Below are positions 19,205 through 35,222 of a stretch of DNA of 64,000 nucleotides, in pieces; the stretch's first letter is position 1, and every line of letters begins with the position of its first letter. The position numbers and the translations under genes were made by a program. This DNA comes from the human T2T-CHM13v2.0 reference genome, Homo sapiens. The notes under the pieces were generated by a model that was not told where the DNA came from, searched no databases, and was given only the letters and a program-made list of their open reading frames with translations. The stretch is taken from assembly GCF_009914755.1 (NCBI RefSeq), contig NC_060925.1. One strand, 5' to 3'.

Positions 19205-21020
19205 TTCGTGTATTCAACTTCTAACCAATATTTCTTGAGCTCCACTATATGCCAACAGCTGTTCTAACTCAGAAGTGATGAACAAGACAGAAAAAGTCCC
19301 TGCCCTCCTGAAGCTTACATTTTAGGGAGGAAAATGTCATAATGAGTTAAAAAAAGATACTTTAATTGGACCATTTCCAGTTCCAATTGTTAGACCTATT
19401 TATAATATTATTTTTAGGAAGGTAGTAATAGAGGAGGAGAGCATGACAGAGAATCACCAGAATACATAAATGCATGTCAGACACATGGTCAGTAAAAAGC
19501 TCCCTGAGTTGAAAACTGAGAGATGAGATGGCACCTCACATTAAATAAAATGTGGAAGTGAGTAAAAGCAGCCAGGTATGTAGAAGTAACTGCAGGTGCA
19601 AAGACTGAGGTGGGAATGAGCATGGTATGTTCAAGGGGAAAAAAGAAGGCTTTTGTGGTTGTAGATTCATGAGAGGACAGGAATAGTATGAAAGAAAATG
19701 AGAGAAGCAGGCAATAGCCAGATCTCTGGGAGCTCTGAACCCTGTGGGAGATTGGGTTTTATTGTTGGTGTAATGGGAGGCCGCAGAAAGGTTTAAAGGA
19801 GGGTGATAAAATAATCTGATGTACATTTTCAAAAGATGCTTGTGACTATAGGGAATAGGATAAGTGGGTTAAGGGTGAAAGCAAGGAGTCTGATTATGTT
19901 GAAATAATGTGGCTTTCATAATATCCATGGAGATACAGAGAAGTGGATAGTTCTGAGGTTCTAGTTGGTGAATGCTTAGATTCAGAGAGACATAGAGAAA
20001 AGTAGAAATTAAGAATGATCCTAGATATTTGGCTTGAACTACTGAACTGTGGAATGTAGACAATTTACTGAGATAGAATAAAGCCTAATGAAGAAAGTAT
20101 TGAAGAGGTCCAATTTTAATATTTTATATTTAGTATGTCTAGTAAGCATAGCATTAGTGAAGACATCAATTGTGCCACTGGATATATGAGTGGAGAATTC
20201 ACTAAAGAGGTCAAGGATAAAGGTGCAAGTTTTAGAGACTTCAAAATAAAATGGTATTTGAAGTCACCAGGCTAGATGACTTCACAAAAGGAAGAAAATA
20301 ATATAGAGAAAAAGAAAGGCCCTAGGACTGACCTGGGGGCACAAGAGAGTGTGATGTCGTGCCAAGAGAAGGAAGTGTTCCAAAAAGTAAGGAACAATCA
20401 ACCGTGATGAATGCTTCTGAAAGTCTGTGTCAAAGAGTAGAAACGTGTCCACTGGATTTGAAGAGACAAAAACCATTCGTAACCTTTAAAACAGGGGTTT
20501 CAGGGAAGTGACAGGACAAAAGTCAGGCTAGAATGAATTGAGTGAATAGAATATGAAGAAGTAGAGGCAATACATGAATCTCTCTAAAGGTTTTCTTGGG
20601 CTAGCTAAAAGACAAATGAAGGCAGCCTGTACAAGATCACGGGAGGACTAATGATGTTTTCTTAATGGACTATATTTGAGTATGTTTTTACACTAGTGAA
20701 AATGATTTGGGAAAGAGAAAGAAGCTCTTGAGAAGGGAAGAGGGGATGATGAATCGAGAGTACAAGTGGAGAAAGTGGGCTTTAAGAGAGGCAGAGGCAT
20801 TGTTTGTATCTAACAGGATAGAAGACGAGTAGAGAGAGAAACAAATAAGTATGGATGCATTTAGGTTTCTAAATTCGATGTGGAAAAAGTAAAATCATTC
20901 TTCTTGGTGTCTACATTTTCTTTATGAACTAGGGTGTAAGGTCTCTTACTGAGAGTAAAGAGAACTAGTTATGGGTTTGTGACTATGAGGAAGAGATAAA
21001 ATGTGAAATAGTCTCTAAAA
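19205..21020 (-). mobile_element. L2 (L2a-like), long fragment
   Basis: aatatttcttgagctccactatatgcc...aaaagtccctgccctcctgaagcttacatt...ggtgtaatgggaggcc...gtccactggatttg; purine-rich plus strand typical of antisense L2. Confidence 0.8.
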
Positions 21021-21023
21021 ATG

Positions 21024-21205
21024 GGCCAAGCATGGTGGCTCATATGCCTGTAATCCCAGCTACTCAGGAGGCTGAGGCAGGAGAATGGCTTGAGCCCAGG
21101 AGTTTTGAGGCTTCAGTGAGCCATGATTGTACCTCTGCACTACAGCCTGGGCGACAGAATGAGATTTTGTCTTTGAAAAAAAAAAAAACGAAGAAAGAAA
21201 AGAAA
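21024..21205 (+). mobile_element. Alu monomer (FRAM/AluJ right arm)
   Basis: Single arm ggccaagcatggtggc...gcttgagcccaggagttttgaggc...gcctgggcgacaga plus A-rich tail. Confidence 0.88.
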
Positions 21206-22779
21206 GGGAAAGCAAATTTACTAGAACATGGTATGATTATGAGGTCAAAAAGGCAGATATTTAATCAGTGTTGATAATATTTATGAAAAATATGATTAGT
21301 AAAAATCAAAGGACAAGTTGATTTACAAAGTTGGAACACAGATTACAGTCCCCTTTATATTACTGAAAACATGAAATTGGGTTTTATAGATTGTCTTAGA
21401 GTTGAGACCCATCTTATCAAGATGCTTTTTAGTGCTTAAGTCATTAAAATTTGATATGCTCCTGAAAAGCCATTCTTTTAGTGAATTCTGCTTCGTAGAA
21501 AATACTTTTAAATTGGAGTATTTAATAGTTTTGACTTTCATTTTGACTAATTAATACAACTTAAGAAAATGTATACACTTTTTGTAAACATCTAATTTCT
21601 ATGAGACATTAACATTTTGAAGCATATAAAATGCAAAGTATGATAATTTACTAATCAAATTTTGCATATTTCTTTCTCTCTAAAAGGTATCTCAAAGGTG
21701 AAAAACAATGTGCAGATGCTTATTTGGCAAAAAAAAAAAAAGTAGTGCTATATGGCTTCCATTGTCATCCTTTGAAATTTTAAATAAAAGAATCAAATTT
21801 AATGGTCAACTTTTTTTGTTTTGACAATTCCATTTCCTTAGGGAATAAATAAAATTATTTTATTAAGTAGCTTTTAAAAACTGAATTTCATTAAAGTTTA
21901 CACATTAAAAATTAAGGTGAAGAACAACATAAAACTTGCAATGGCTTACAATAACATGCAGGCTGTCTTGTCAAATTCCCATTGACTTCAGGTCTATGCT
22001 TTTTAAAACACATTGACAATGCTATTTTGGTATTCTGTAACCATACTGTGAACTACATAGGAAATCCAGTCAACAATTCAGCTTCAAGACAATCTAAATT
22101 TTTTAGTAGGGAAAAACTGCAAAGTGACGGGGGTGAACAACTATAAATTACAAGCAGCCAAGTTAGGTTTTGTCAAACAATTCAACAAAATCATTCCTAA
22201 GACTACTGGGATTACATTGATGAGGAAAAACAGCATGAGACATTTGATTTTCAAAGACATTTAAACAAAGAAAATAAGTTTATTAAATGTTAATTAACCA
22301 TACAACATTCAAATTTTAGATGTCCTTTATGCCTTAGTTCAAATTTAGTGAAAGTGAGATTGGTGCAATATTCCTGAAATATATACATTGACTATAAGAC
22401 ATTTAAGGTGAAATAATAAGCTTTTCTAATTTTATTTGTTCATTGCTTACTTAATGGTCATAAATGAGACTAGTATGCTTACAAGTTGTCTTTTAAAATT
22501 ATTTAAAAATTCATCATTTTTTGGTTTATTTTGGGGCTGACAAATGTCTTATTTACACAACTATTTCAAATATAGAAAAGTAACATTTAAACAATATACA
22601 AGAGTTTCTATAAAAAATCAGAGATGTTTTCCAACACAACAGGAAACAACCACTGTACCACTCTAGGAGCTACAGTAACTTGCTTTTTCCTCCCCTTTTG
22701 ATCACTCCATAATATATTTTTATTTAGTTTCTGTCCCCAATATGCTTAGGAACTGATCTCCCCAAGGTTAACAGTGACC

Positions 22780-23780
22780 TCACCAAATATATTATATACT
22801 TTTCAGCCCAGATCTGTACTAAACTCTCTTCAGCATTTAAGACTACTAACCACCTCCAGTTTCTTGAACCCCTCTTCTAACTGAGCTTTGGAGATACCAC
22901 TTACTTTTCCTCTTTTTTTTTTTTTTTTTGGTGTTCTTTTTCTACCTCTGTCAATTTCTCACATGTTGATGCTCCCAGAGTCCACTCACAGTCCTCTTTT
23001 AGTCTCATTTCACATGCATTCACTAGACATCATATTCGCAATGACTGTAAATAATATCTATTAATACATGCAGAAAATCTCGAAAGTGTATACCTCTAAA
23101 CTGCATCTTTTTCCTAAGTGCAAGAATTGCATATACGACTACCCGTTAGCACTTAATTTCCATTTGTCCAAAACCAAACTTAAATTTCTCCACTCTAAAT
23201 TTGCTTATTTATCCACACTATATATGCTTTTGTTTCACTCTTTTGTCCCAGATCAGAAAACTAGGAATACCTATCTTTGTCGCCCACATCCAGTGATTAA
23301 CCAAGTACTTGGCTGAGCATTGAAATTACCTAGAGAGTTAAAAAATAATAATAATTCCAAGGATTCTGTGTTACCTTGTATGGAGTGAGGTGCAGGCATC
23401 AGAGTTTTTCAAGTCTCTCTAGGTGGTCCTAAAGTACAGGGAAGTTTGAGAAGTACTGCTCTAGTTTATTTTCCAAATATCTCCAGGTTCCTCATTGTGA
23501 CTACATTAAGATCCTCACCATTTCTTCCCTGGATTACTGCAGAAGATTCCTTATTAGTTGCCCCATATCTGATTTCAGCCAATACTATCTGCCAAAGTAT
23601 TCTAAAGAGACAAACCTCCTCATATCACACTTTGGCTTCAAATCCAATTTCAGGATAAAATAATAGGCTATACAAGACCATAGTGCAACTTTTGCTTTGA
23701 CCACACTGAATTGCTTTGCTTTCTGAGTGTAATTTGCATGCTGAATTCTCTTGATCATATGTCTGTTTCTTTTGTCTAAA
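22780..23780 (+). mobile_element. L2 fragments, interrupted by MER5
   Basis: Pyrimidine-rich L2-like segments, e.g. catttgtccaaaaccaaact and ctggattactgcagaagattcctt. Confidence 0.55.
23315..23463. mobile_element. MER5-type hAT-Charlie MITE
   Basis: gcattgaaattacctagagag...ggcatcagagtttttcaagtctctctaggtg...aagtttgagaagtactgctctag. Confidence 0.65.
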
Positions 23781-24203
23781 TGTATAAGGAATGGTCAAAG
23801 CACATGGCATAATAAAGGAAACATGAAAATTGATACAAAAAAAATAATACTAACTAAGATAAAATGAGAGCAAAAGAAAGGGTAATCATTTGTAACTGTG
23901 TGAATCAGGGAAGGCACCATACAACAGGAACACTTGGCCAATTATGAAATCACCCATGGACATTTAGAGGTATACCTCGAAGATATTGCAGGTTTGATTC
24001 CAGATGACAGCACTAAAACTAATATCACAATAAAGCAAGTCACACAAATATTTTGGTTTCCCAGTGCACAAAAGTTATGTTTTCACTACAATCAACTGAG
24101 CCTTTGGTGAATCATAATCTTTTTGCTAAAGGAATGTCTTGTCTTGATGGTGATAGCTGCTGATTGATCAGGCTGGTTATTACTGAAAGCTGTAGCATTT
24201 TCT

Positions 24204-24315
24204 TTCTCACTCTTTTTTTTCCTTCTTTTTTTTTTCTAGATAGGGTCTTGCTCCGTCACCTATGCTGGAGGGCAGTGGTGGGATTATAGCTTACCGTGGC
24301 ATCGAATTCCTGGGT
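24204..24315 (-). mobile_element. 5'-truncated old Alu monomer (FLAM/AluJ-like) inside Tigger1
   Basis: T-rich tail plus agatagggtcttgctccgtcacctatgctggag. TSD GCTGTAGCA(T/A)TTTCT at 24189-24203 / 24316-24330. Confidence 0.85.
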
Positions 24316-25155
24316 GCTGTAGCAATTTCTTAAAATAAGACAATAAAGTTTGCTAGATTGATTGACTCCTCCTTTCACAAGAGATTTCTCTGTAGCATGT
24401 GATGCTGTTTCATAGCATTTTATCCACAGTAGAACTTCTTTCAATCCTCTTAAATCTCTAAAACTCAGTTACTGCTTTATCAAATAGGTTTATGGAATAT
24501 TCTAAATCTTTTGTTTTTATTTCAACAACGTTCACAGCATCTTCACCAGGAGTAGATTTCATCTCAAGCAACCACTTTCTTTGCTCATTCATAAGAAGTA
24601 ACTCCTCATCTCTTCAAGTTTTATCATGAGATTGCAGGAATTCAGTCACATCCTTAGGCTCCACTTCTCATTATTGTTCTCTTGCTATTTCTCTAATCTG
24701 TAGTGACTTCCTCCACTGAAGTCTTGAATCCCTCACAAGGCTTGCAATCAATTTCTTCCAAACTCCTGTTAATGCAGACATCTGACTTCCTCTCATGATT
24801 CACAAATGTTCTTAAGGGCATCTAGAATGGTTTGATATTCTATCCAGACCACTAAAATGTTATCCAGACCACTAAAATGTTCTCCATACCAGCAATAAGG
24901 CTGTTTTCTTTCTTATCATTTGTGTGTTCACTGGAGTAACATTTCTAATTTCCTTCAAAAACTCTTCCTTTGCATTCACACTTTAGCTAACTATTTGGAA
25001 CAAGAGGTCTAGTTTTTGCCCTATCTCAGCTTTCAACATGTCTTTCTCACTAATCTTAATCATTTCTAGCTTTGGATTAAAGTGAGAGACATGCAACTCT
25101 TCCTTTCACTTGAACACTTAGAGGCCATTGTTGAGTTGTTAAATAGCCTATTTTC

Positions 25156-26226
25156 TTTTTTTTTTAAATTATTATACTTTAAGTTCTAGGGTACATGTTC
25201 ACAACGTTCAGGTTTGTTACATATGTATACATGTGCCATGTTGGTGTGTTGCACCCATTAACTCGTCATTTACATTAGGTATATCTCCTAATGCTATCCC
25301 TCCCCACTCCCCCCACCCCACAACAGGCCCCGGTGTGTGATGTTCCCTACCTTGTGTCCAAGTGTTCTCATTGTTCAGTTCCCACCTATGAGTGAGAATA
25401 TGCGGTGTTTGGTTTTCTGTCCTTGGGATAGTTTGCTCAGAATGATGGTTTCCAGCTTCATCCATGTCCCTACAAAGGACATGGACTCATCCTTTTTTAT
25501 GGCTGCATAGTATTCCATGGTGTATATGTTCCACATTTTCTTAATCCAGTCTATCATTGATGGACATTTGGGTTGGTTCCAAGTCTGCTATTGTGAATAG
25601 TGCCACAATAAACATATGTGTGTATGTGTCTTTATAGCAGCATGATTTATAATCCTTTGGGTATATACTCAGTAATGGGATCACTGGGTCAAATGGTATT
25701 TCTAGTTCTAGATCCTTGAGGAACTGCCACACTGTCTTCCACAATGGTTGAATTAGTTTACAGTCCCACCAACAGTGTAAAAGTGTTCCTATTTCTCCAT
25801 ATCCTCTCCAGCACCTGTTGTTTCCTGACTTTTTAATGATGGCCATTCTAACTGGTGTGAGATGGTATCTCATTGTGGTTTTGATTTGCATTTCTCTGAT
25901 GGCTGGTGACGATGAGCATCTTTTCATGTGTCTTTTGGCTGCATAAATGTCTTCTTTTGAGAAGTGTCTGTTCATATCCTTCACCCACTTTTTGATGGGG
26001 TTGTTTGATTTTTTCTTGTAAATTTGTTTAAGTTCTTTGTAGATTCTGGATATTAGCCCTTTGTCAGATGAGCAGATTGTAAAAATTTTCTCCCATTCTG
26101 TAGGTTGCCTGTTCACTCTGACGGTAGTTTCTTTTGCTGTGCAGAAGCTCTTTAGTTTAATTAGATCCCGTTTGTCAATTTTGGTTTTTGTTGCCATTGC
26201 TTTTCGTGTTTTAGTCATGAAGTACT
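25156..26226 (-). mobile_element. 5'-truncated L1PA (L1PA6-like), ORF2 C-terminus and 3' UTR, inside Tigger1
   Basis: ORF2 C-terminal peptide ([10 protein letters not shown]...[10 protein letters not shown]). TSD TTAAATAGCCTA(T/A)TTTC at 25139-25155 / 26227-26243. Confidence 0.95.
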
Positions 26227-27467
26227 TTAAATAGCCTAATTTCAATATTGTCGCATCTCAGGGAACAGGGAGGCCTGAAGAGACTGACGGAATGAGGGAT
26301 TTGCCCATGAGTGTAGCAGTCAGAACACACACAGTATTTATCAATTAAGTTTTCCATATTCAACGGGTGTTCGTGGCACCTGAAAGCACTTAACAATAAT
26401 ATCAAAGATCACTAATCACAGATCACCATAACAGGTGTAGCAATAATGAAGAAGTTTGAAATATTGCAAGAATTACCAAAATATGAACACAGAAACATGA
26501 AGTGAGTGTATGCTGTTTGAAAAGTGGCACCAATAGACTTGTTAGAAGCAGGATTGCCACAAACCTTCAATTTGTAAAAAAAGCAATATTGCAATAAAAT
26601 GAGGTATGTCTGTATTGGAAATTGATTTCAAAATCCAAGGAGGTAGAGTACTCCAGGTAGAGTGAGCAGCAAGATCAAAAGCAAAGGATGGTGTATTTAA
26701 GGAATATGCTGTGTTTAAGAAATCTCAGGTAGTTCAATTTGGCTGACTTTGAAACAAATGGTTACGTTTCATAAAAAATGAAGCAAGATATCTAAGTAGG
26801 AATCTGGTTTATGCAGGTAAGGGACAAAACAATGGTTTCTAATCAGCTAAGCATTTGGATTTGAATTTTCGATCATTTTCTCTAGTAAATTCGTGCTTCT
26901 CATGTAGACATTGCCTTCTGGGATGCCTCTCCTGTGCCCTATTGCTCCTCTGACTTCCTTTGGCACCCCTCTTCTGAGATTCCTCAGTATCCTTTGCATT
27001 TTTCTGCTATGACATGTATTTGTTTATATATTTTATATATTTTTAAATTATATATTTTAATATATATTGTGCCTTTCTACATTCTAGAGACAGAATAAGG
27101 ACACATAGATGGTAAAGGTAAGGGGTTCTAGATCCTTTTATAATTTATAAAGTACATTTTATATCAAAAATAATTTTTCATTATATTTGTTTCTGTATTT
27201 ACAGTTTAGTACAGATTTTCACATACATTATCTCATTTATCCCCCACAACAATCTTGAATTTGGAGAATCTTATACTGATAATAATGAGGCATGGATAAT
27301 TTAAATTACTTTACCAGGGTCAAGTTAATCAATAGCAAAGGCAGGGATTAAGCTCAGGTCTTTTGATTCCAAGTTCCTCTCTACTACATCAAGACTATAC
27401 CATATTGATTTCCTATCCTTTCAATTTACATTAGAGATTCTAGTTGATTTTATGTCTTCAACCCTCT

Positions 27468-27956
27468 CGTGGTAGATTGTTTGAAAAAATTGTTCCCTCC
27501 TGGTTTCCATGCCACTTCGGAAGGACTCCCATCAAGTGGGGGCATTTATCTACCCAACCTTTGGGTGTGCGCTGATTTTGTGACTTGTTTTAATCAGTAG
27601 AACATGGTAGAGGTGATGATGTACCAGAGTTAAACCAAGGCTTGAAGGGGCCTGGTGCTTTTCTGCTTACTCTCTTGAAATCCTACCAAGACGACAAGCC
27701 AGCATAGGTTCCTGAAGGATGACAGACCACATGACACACAGACAAGCCATCCAGCTGAGGCTGACCTAGATTAGCCAGTCCCTAGCCCACCTGGAACTTG
27801 ACCACAGATGGCATAAGACCAAGTGAGGCCAGAAGAACCATGCAGCATAGCCCAGTTAAGCAAATTGCTAACATCCTGAATCAAGAACTAAATTAATAAT
27901 TGTTTCAATCCCAAATTTGAGGTATTTTGTTATATAGGAAAAGCTAACTGATGCCA
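27468..27956 (+). mobile_element. MaLR solo LTR (MLT1G/H-like)
   Basis: gtggtagatt...ttgtgacttgttttaatcagtagaacatggtagaggtgatg...ttttgttatataggaaaagctaactgat. Confidence 0.75.
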
Positions 27957-27984
27957 CTTTTACTAAGTACCACAATAAGAACTA

Positions 27985-28185
27985 TTACATGCTGTGTACT
28001 TGCATATGCTGAGTACTATGTTTAGAATTTCACATGACTTATCTCTAATCCTTAGAACATCATAGCATAGAAGTTATTAGCCCCACTTTACAGACAGGAA
28101 AAAAAAAACTTCAAGAAGTTAAATAACTACTCACAGTTGCATGGCTAATAAGAGTAGATACAAAGCTTGATCTGTTTGACTATAA
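27985..28185 (-). mobile_element. MIR
   Basis: ttattagccccactttacagacaggaaa...aagaagttaaataact core. Confidence 0.6.
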
Positions 28186-29812
28186 TATTTATACTTTGAA
28201 TGATTTTTTTTGTGCTCCTTATACAACCTTTATAGAAAATGTGTTGGTTTACTTTTATAGATGGTTAATTTTATTCAATGTGTGTCAGTTTTTTATTATA
28301 TTCATTCTCAGAGGCTAACCTTATTTATATGATCTTCGCCAGTGAGTTATTTCACTACAGCTCTGCATACCATCTAAGCTAGACCAGCAGATGGAACTGC
28401 CTAAGAAATAATAAAATTAGAGGAAAGAATGAGTGAGCAGGAACCAATGGGATGATTCACAGCTTCCTGACCATTACTGCATGTTAAGGGCTGATGATAG
28501 GGTAGTATTGGCCCTTTATAATCTGGCTCCAAATCACCTTGCTGCTCCTTATCTTGACATATCAAACTGAACCTCTTATATATACTGCCTACCGCATGCC
28601 ACATGTACTTTTAGATGTCCATTCTTTTCCTCATATTGGTCCTTCTTGTAGTGCCATCCTAGACGTCTGACTGTACAGCTCCTACCTACTTCTCAAGGTC
28701 TAACTCAGAGCTAACCTCAACTGTATCATCCTCAATGATCTCAGAGACAGAATCACTGCTTTCTCTTAATATTCAAGTGTGCTACACCAACCACTACTCA
28801 GTTCCTGTTGGACTGTGTCAGATAGATGTTTATTTATATACTTCTCTTCTCTTGTCCCACTTCTCTTACCTCACTCAATGTGAGAACATGCTAATTATTA
28901 TCCACCTTTAGTTTCTTATCATTTGGTGCAGGATTGCCTAGCACCTAATGTAATTTAGTAAATGTTGGTGGAAAGAAAGATGGCTTATTATTAATAAATT
29001 TTTTAAACCTTCCGTTTCATCCCTATGAAGATTGTAATACTTGCTACAAGCAAAAGTGCATGCAGGAAACTACCATGACTAATATATACGCATGTATAAA
29101 AGATCATGACTACTACTGTGTAGACTGTAGTAGTTATGTAGTCATGTAGTAGTAGTAGCAGCTGTCACATATGTATGACAGATATATATATGGTATGTCT
29201 TATATGTATATGAACCTATATTGACACAGCATCATCATACAAATCCACAGTTTACATCAGAGTTCACTCTTGCTGTTACACATTCTATGGGTTTGGACAA
29301 TGTATAATGACACGTATCCATTGTTTTAGTATCATACAGAGTATTTTCACTTTCCTAAAAATTTTCTGTGCTCCACCTATTCATTCTTCCTCACCCCACC
29401 CAACCCTCCTGCCTATCACTGATTTCTTTACTGTCACCATAGTTTTGTCTTTTCCAGAATGTCATATAATTGGAATCACACAGTATATAGCTTTTTCATT
29501 ATGGCTTCTTTCAGTTAGTAACATGCATTCAAGCTTCCTCCATGTTTTCATGGCTTGATATTTATACCATTTTAGCACTAAATAATATATCACTGTCTGT
29601 ATGTACCAAAGTTTATAATTCACCTACTGAAGGATATTTTGGTTACTTCCCAGTTTGGGCAATTATGAATAAAGCTGCTGTAAACATCCATGTGCAGGTT
29701 TTTGTGGAAATATAAGTTTTCAACTCCTTTGGGTTAATACCAAGGAGTAGAGTTGTTGGATCCTATGGTAAGAGTATTTGTAGTTTTACAAGAAACTGCC
29801 ACATGCTGTCTT

Positions 29813-32750
<2,938 letters not shown>

Positions 32751-33148
32751 CACATGCTGTCTTCTAACGTGATCAAATCATTTTGCATTCCCACCAGCAA
32801 CGAATGAGAGCTCCTTTGCTCCAGATCCTCATCAGAATTTGGTGTTGTCAGTGTTATGAATTTTGGCTATTCTAATAGATGTGTAGTGGTACCTCATTGT
32901 TGTTTTAATTTGCATTTCCCTCCTGACATGATGTAGAGTACCTTTTCATATGCTTATCTGCTATCTGTTTATCTTCTTTGATGAGGTGTCCGTTAAAGTC
33001 TTTAGCTCATTTTTTAAAATCTGGTTCGTTGTTTTCTTATTGTTGAGTTTTAAGTGTTCTTTGTGTATTTTGGATAACCGTACTTTCTCAAATGCATCTT
33101 TTACAAATATTTTCTCCCAGTCGGTGGCTTGTCTTCTCATTCTCTTGA

Positions 33149-33478
<330 letters not shown>

Positions 33479-35003
33479 AGAGTTTTTTATTTTAATGAAA
33501 CCCAGCGTATCAATAATTTCTTTCATGAATATTGCCTTTGGAGTTGTATTTAAAAACACATGTGTCATCAACATATTCAAGATCATCTAGGTTTTCTTCT
33601 GTGTTATCTTGTAGGAATTTTATATTTTTGTGCTTTACATTTAGATGTATGATCCATTTAGAGTTAATTTTGGTGAAGGGTGTGTCTAGATTAATTTTTT
33701 GTTGCATGTGAACATGCAGTTGTTCCAGCACCATTTGGTAAATTACTATGTATTCTCCACTGAAGTGTCTTACTGCTTTGTCAAAAATCAGTTGATTTAA
33801 TTATGTGGGTCTATTTCTGGGATGTCTTTTTTGTTCAATTGATCTATTTGTCTATTCTTTAACCAATATTACACTGTCAGATTACTGTAGCTTTATAGTA
33901 AGTCTTGAGGTTAGGTAGTGTCAGTCCTCTAACTTTGTTCTTCTCCTTCAATATTGTGTTAGCTATTCTGGGTCTTCTAGCATGCCTTTAAACTTTAGAA
34001 TCAGTTTGTTAATGCCCACAACACAACTTGCGGGGATTTCTACTGTGATTACATTGCATCTATAGATCAAGCTGGGAAGAACTCACATCTTGACAGTACT
34101 GTCTTCCTATACATGAACATGGAATATCTCTCCATTTATTTAGTTCTTGTTTGATTTTGTCCATCAGAGTTTTGTAGCTCTCCTCACACAGATCTTGTCA
34201 TATTTTGATAGACTTACACCTAAGTATTTCATTTGTTTTGATTCTAATGTAAATAATATTATGTTTCTTTTAACTTCTACTTTTTCATTGTTGGTACAGA
34301 AGAAATCAAATGACTTTTGTATATTAACCTTTAATCTTGCCACATTGCTATAATCACTTGTTAGTTACAGGATATTTTTTGGTCAATTCTTTCTGATTTT
34401 CTATGTACACAATAATGTCATCTGCAAAAACAGTTTAGTTTTTCCTTGATAACTTGTATACCCTGTTCCCACCTTTATTTTGTCTTATTAGCTAGAAGTT
34501 CCAGTATAATTATGAAAAGAAATGGTGAAAGGGGAAATCCTTGCCTTGTTCTTGATCTTAGTGTGAAAACTTCTAATTTCTCACCATTAAATGTGATATT
34601 AGCTGAAGGTATTTTATAGATATTCTTTATCAAACTCAGGAAGTTTCTCTGTATTGTTAGTTTACTGAGAGATTTGATCATGAATGGGTGTTGAATTTTG
34701 TCAAATGCTTTATCTGCATCTGTTGATAAAATCATGTGATTTTTCTTTTTTAGTCTGTTGATGTGATGAATTACATTACCTGATTTTTTGAATGTTGAAC
34801 CAGCCTTGAATGTCTGAGATAAATCCCACTTCACTGTGGTGTATAATTCTTTTTATACATTGTTGCGTTGAATTTGCTAATATTTTGTTGAGCATTTTTG
34901 CATCTTAAGAGATACTGGTCTATAGTTTCTAGCATGTCTTTGTCTGGTTTGCTGTCAGTGCAATTATTAGGTATTAGGGCCTCATATAATCAGTTAAAAA
35001 GTA

Positions 35004-35222
35004 CAGAGGCTCCTTGACTTACGATGGGGTTAAGTCCTGATAAGGCTGTAATAAACTGAAAATATTGTTAAGTCAAAAGTGTGTGCTTCAACTTCTGAGA
35101 TTTTCAACTTACAATGAGTGGAGTTATCTAGACATATCCCATTGTAAGTCGAGGAGTGTAGTGAATGTATGTTGCTTTTGCATCATCTTGAAGTTGAAAA
35201 ATTCTAAGTTTGAGACTATCGG
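35004..35222. mobile_element. MER47/Tigger5-family MITE with internal palindrome
   Basis: TA|cagaggctccttgacttacgatgggg...cccattgtaagtcgaggag...gactatcgg|TA, splitting the host L1 at aagta|ttccctc. Confidence 0.8.

Larger units (their letters stand above)
23967..26612 (-). mobile_element. Tigger1 (TcMar/pogo) with both TIRs, ~1 kb internal deletion and two nested retroinsertions
   Basis: TA|gaggtatacctc...gaggtatgtctg|TA termini. Transposase start region (minus strand atggcctctaagtgttcaagtgaaaggaagag) near 25095-25130. Deletion junction near 24830. Confidence 0.92.
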
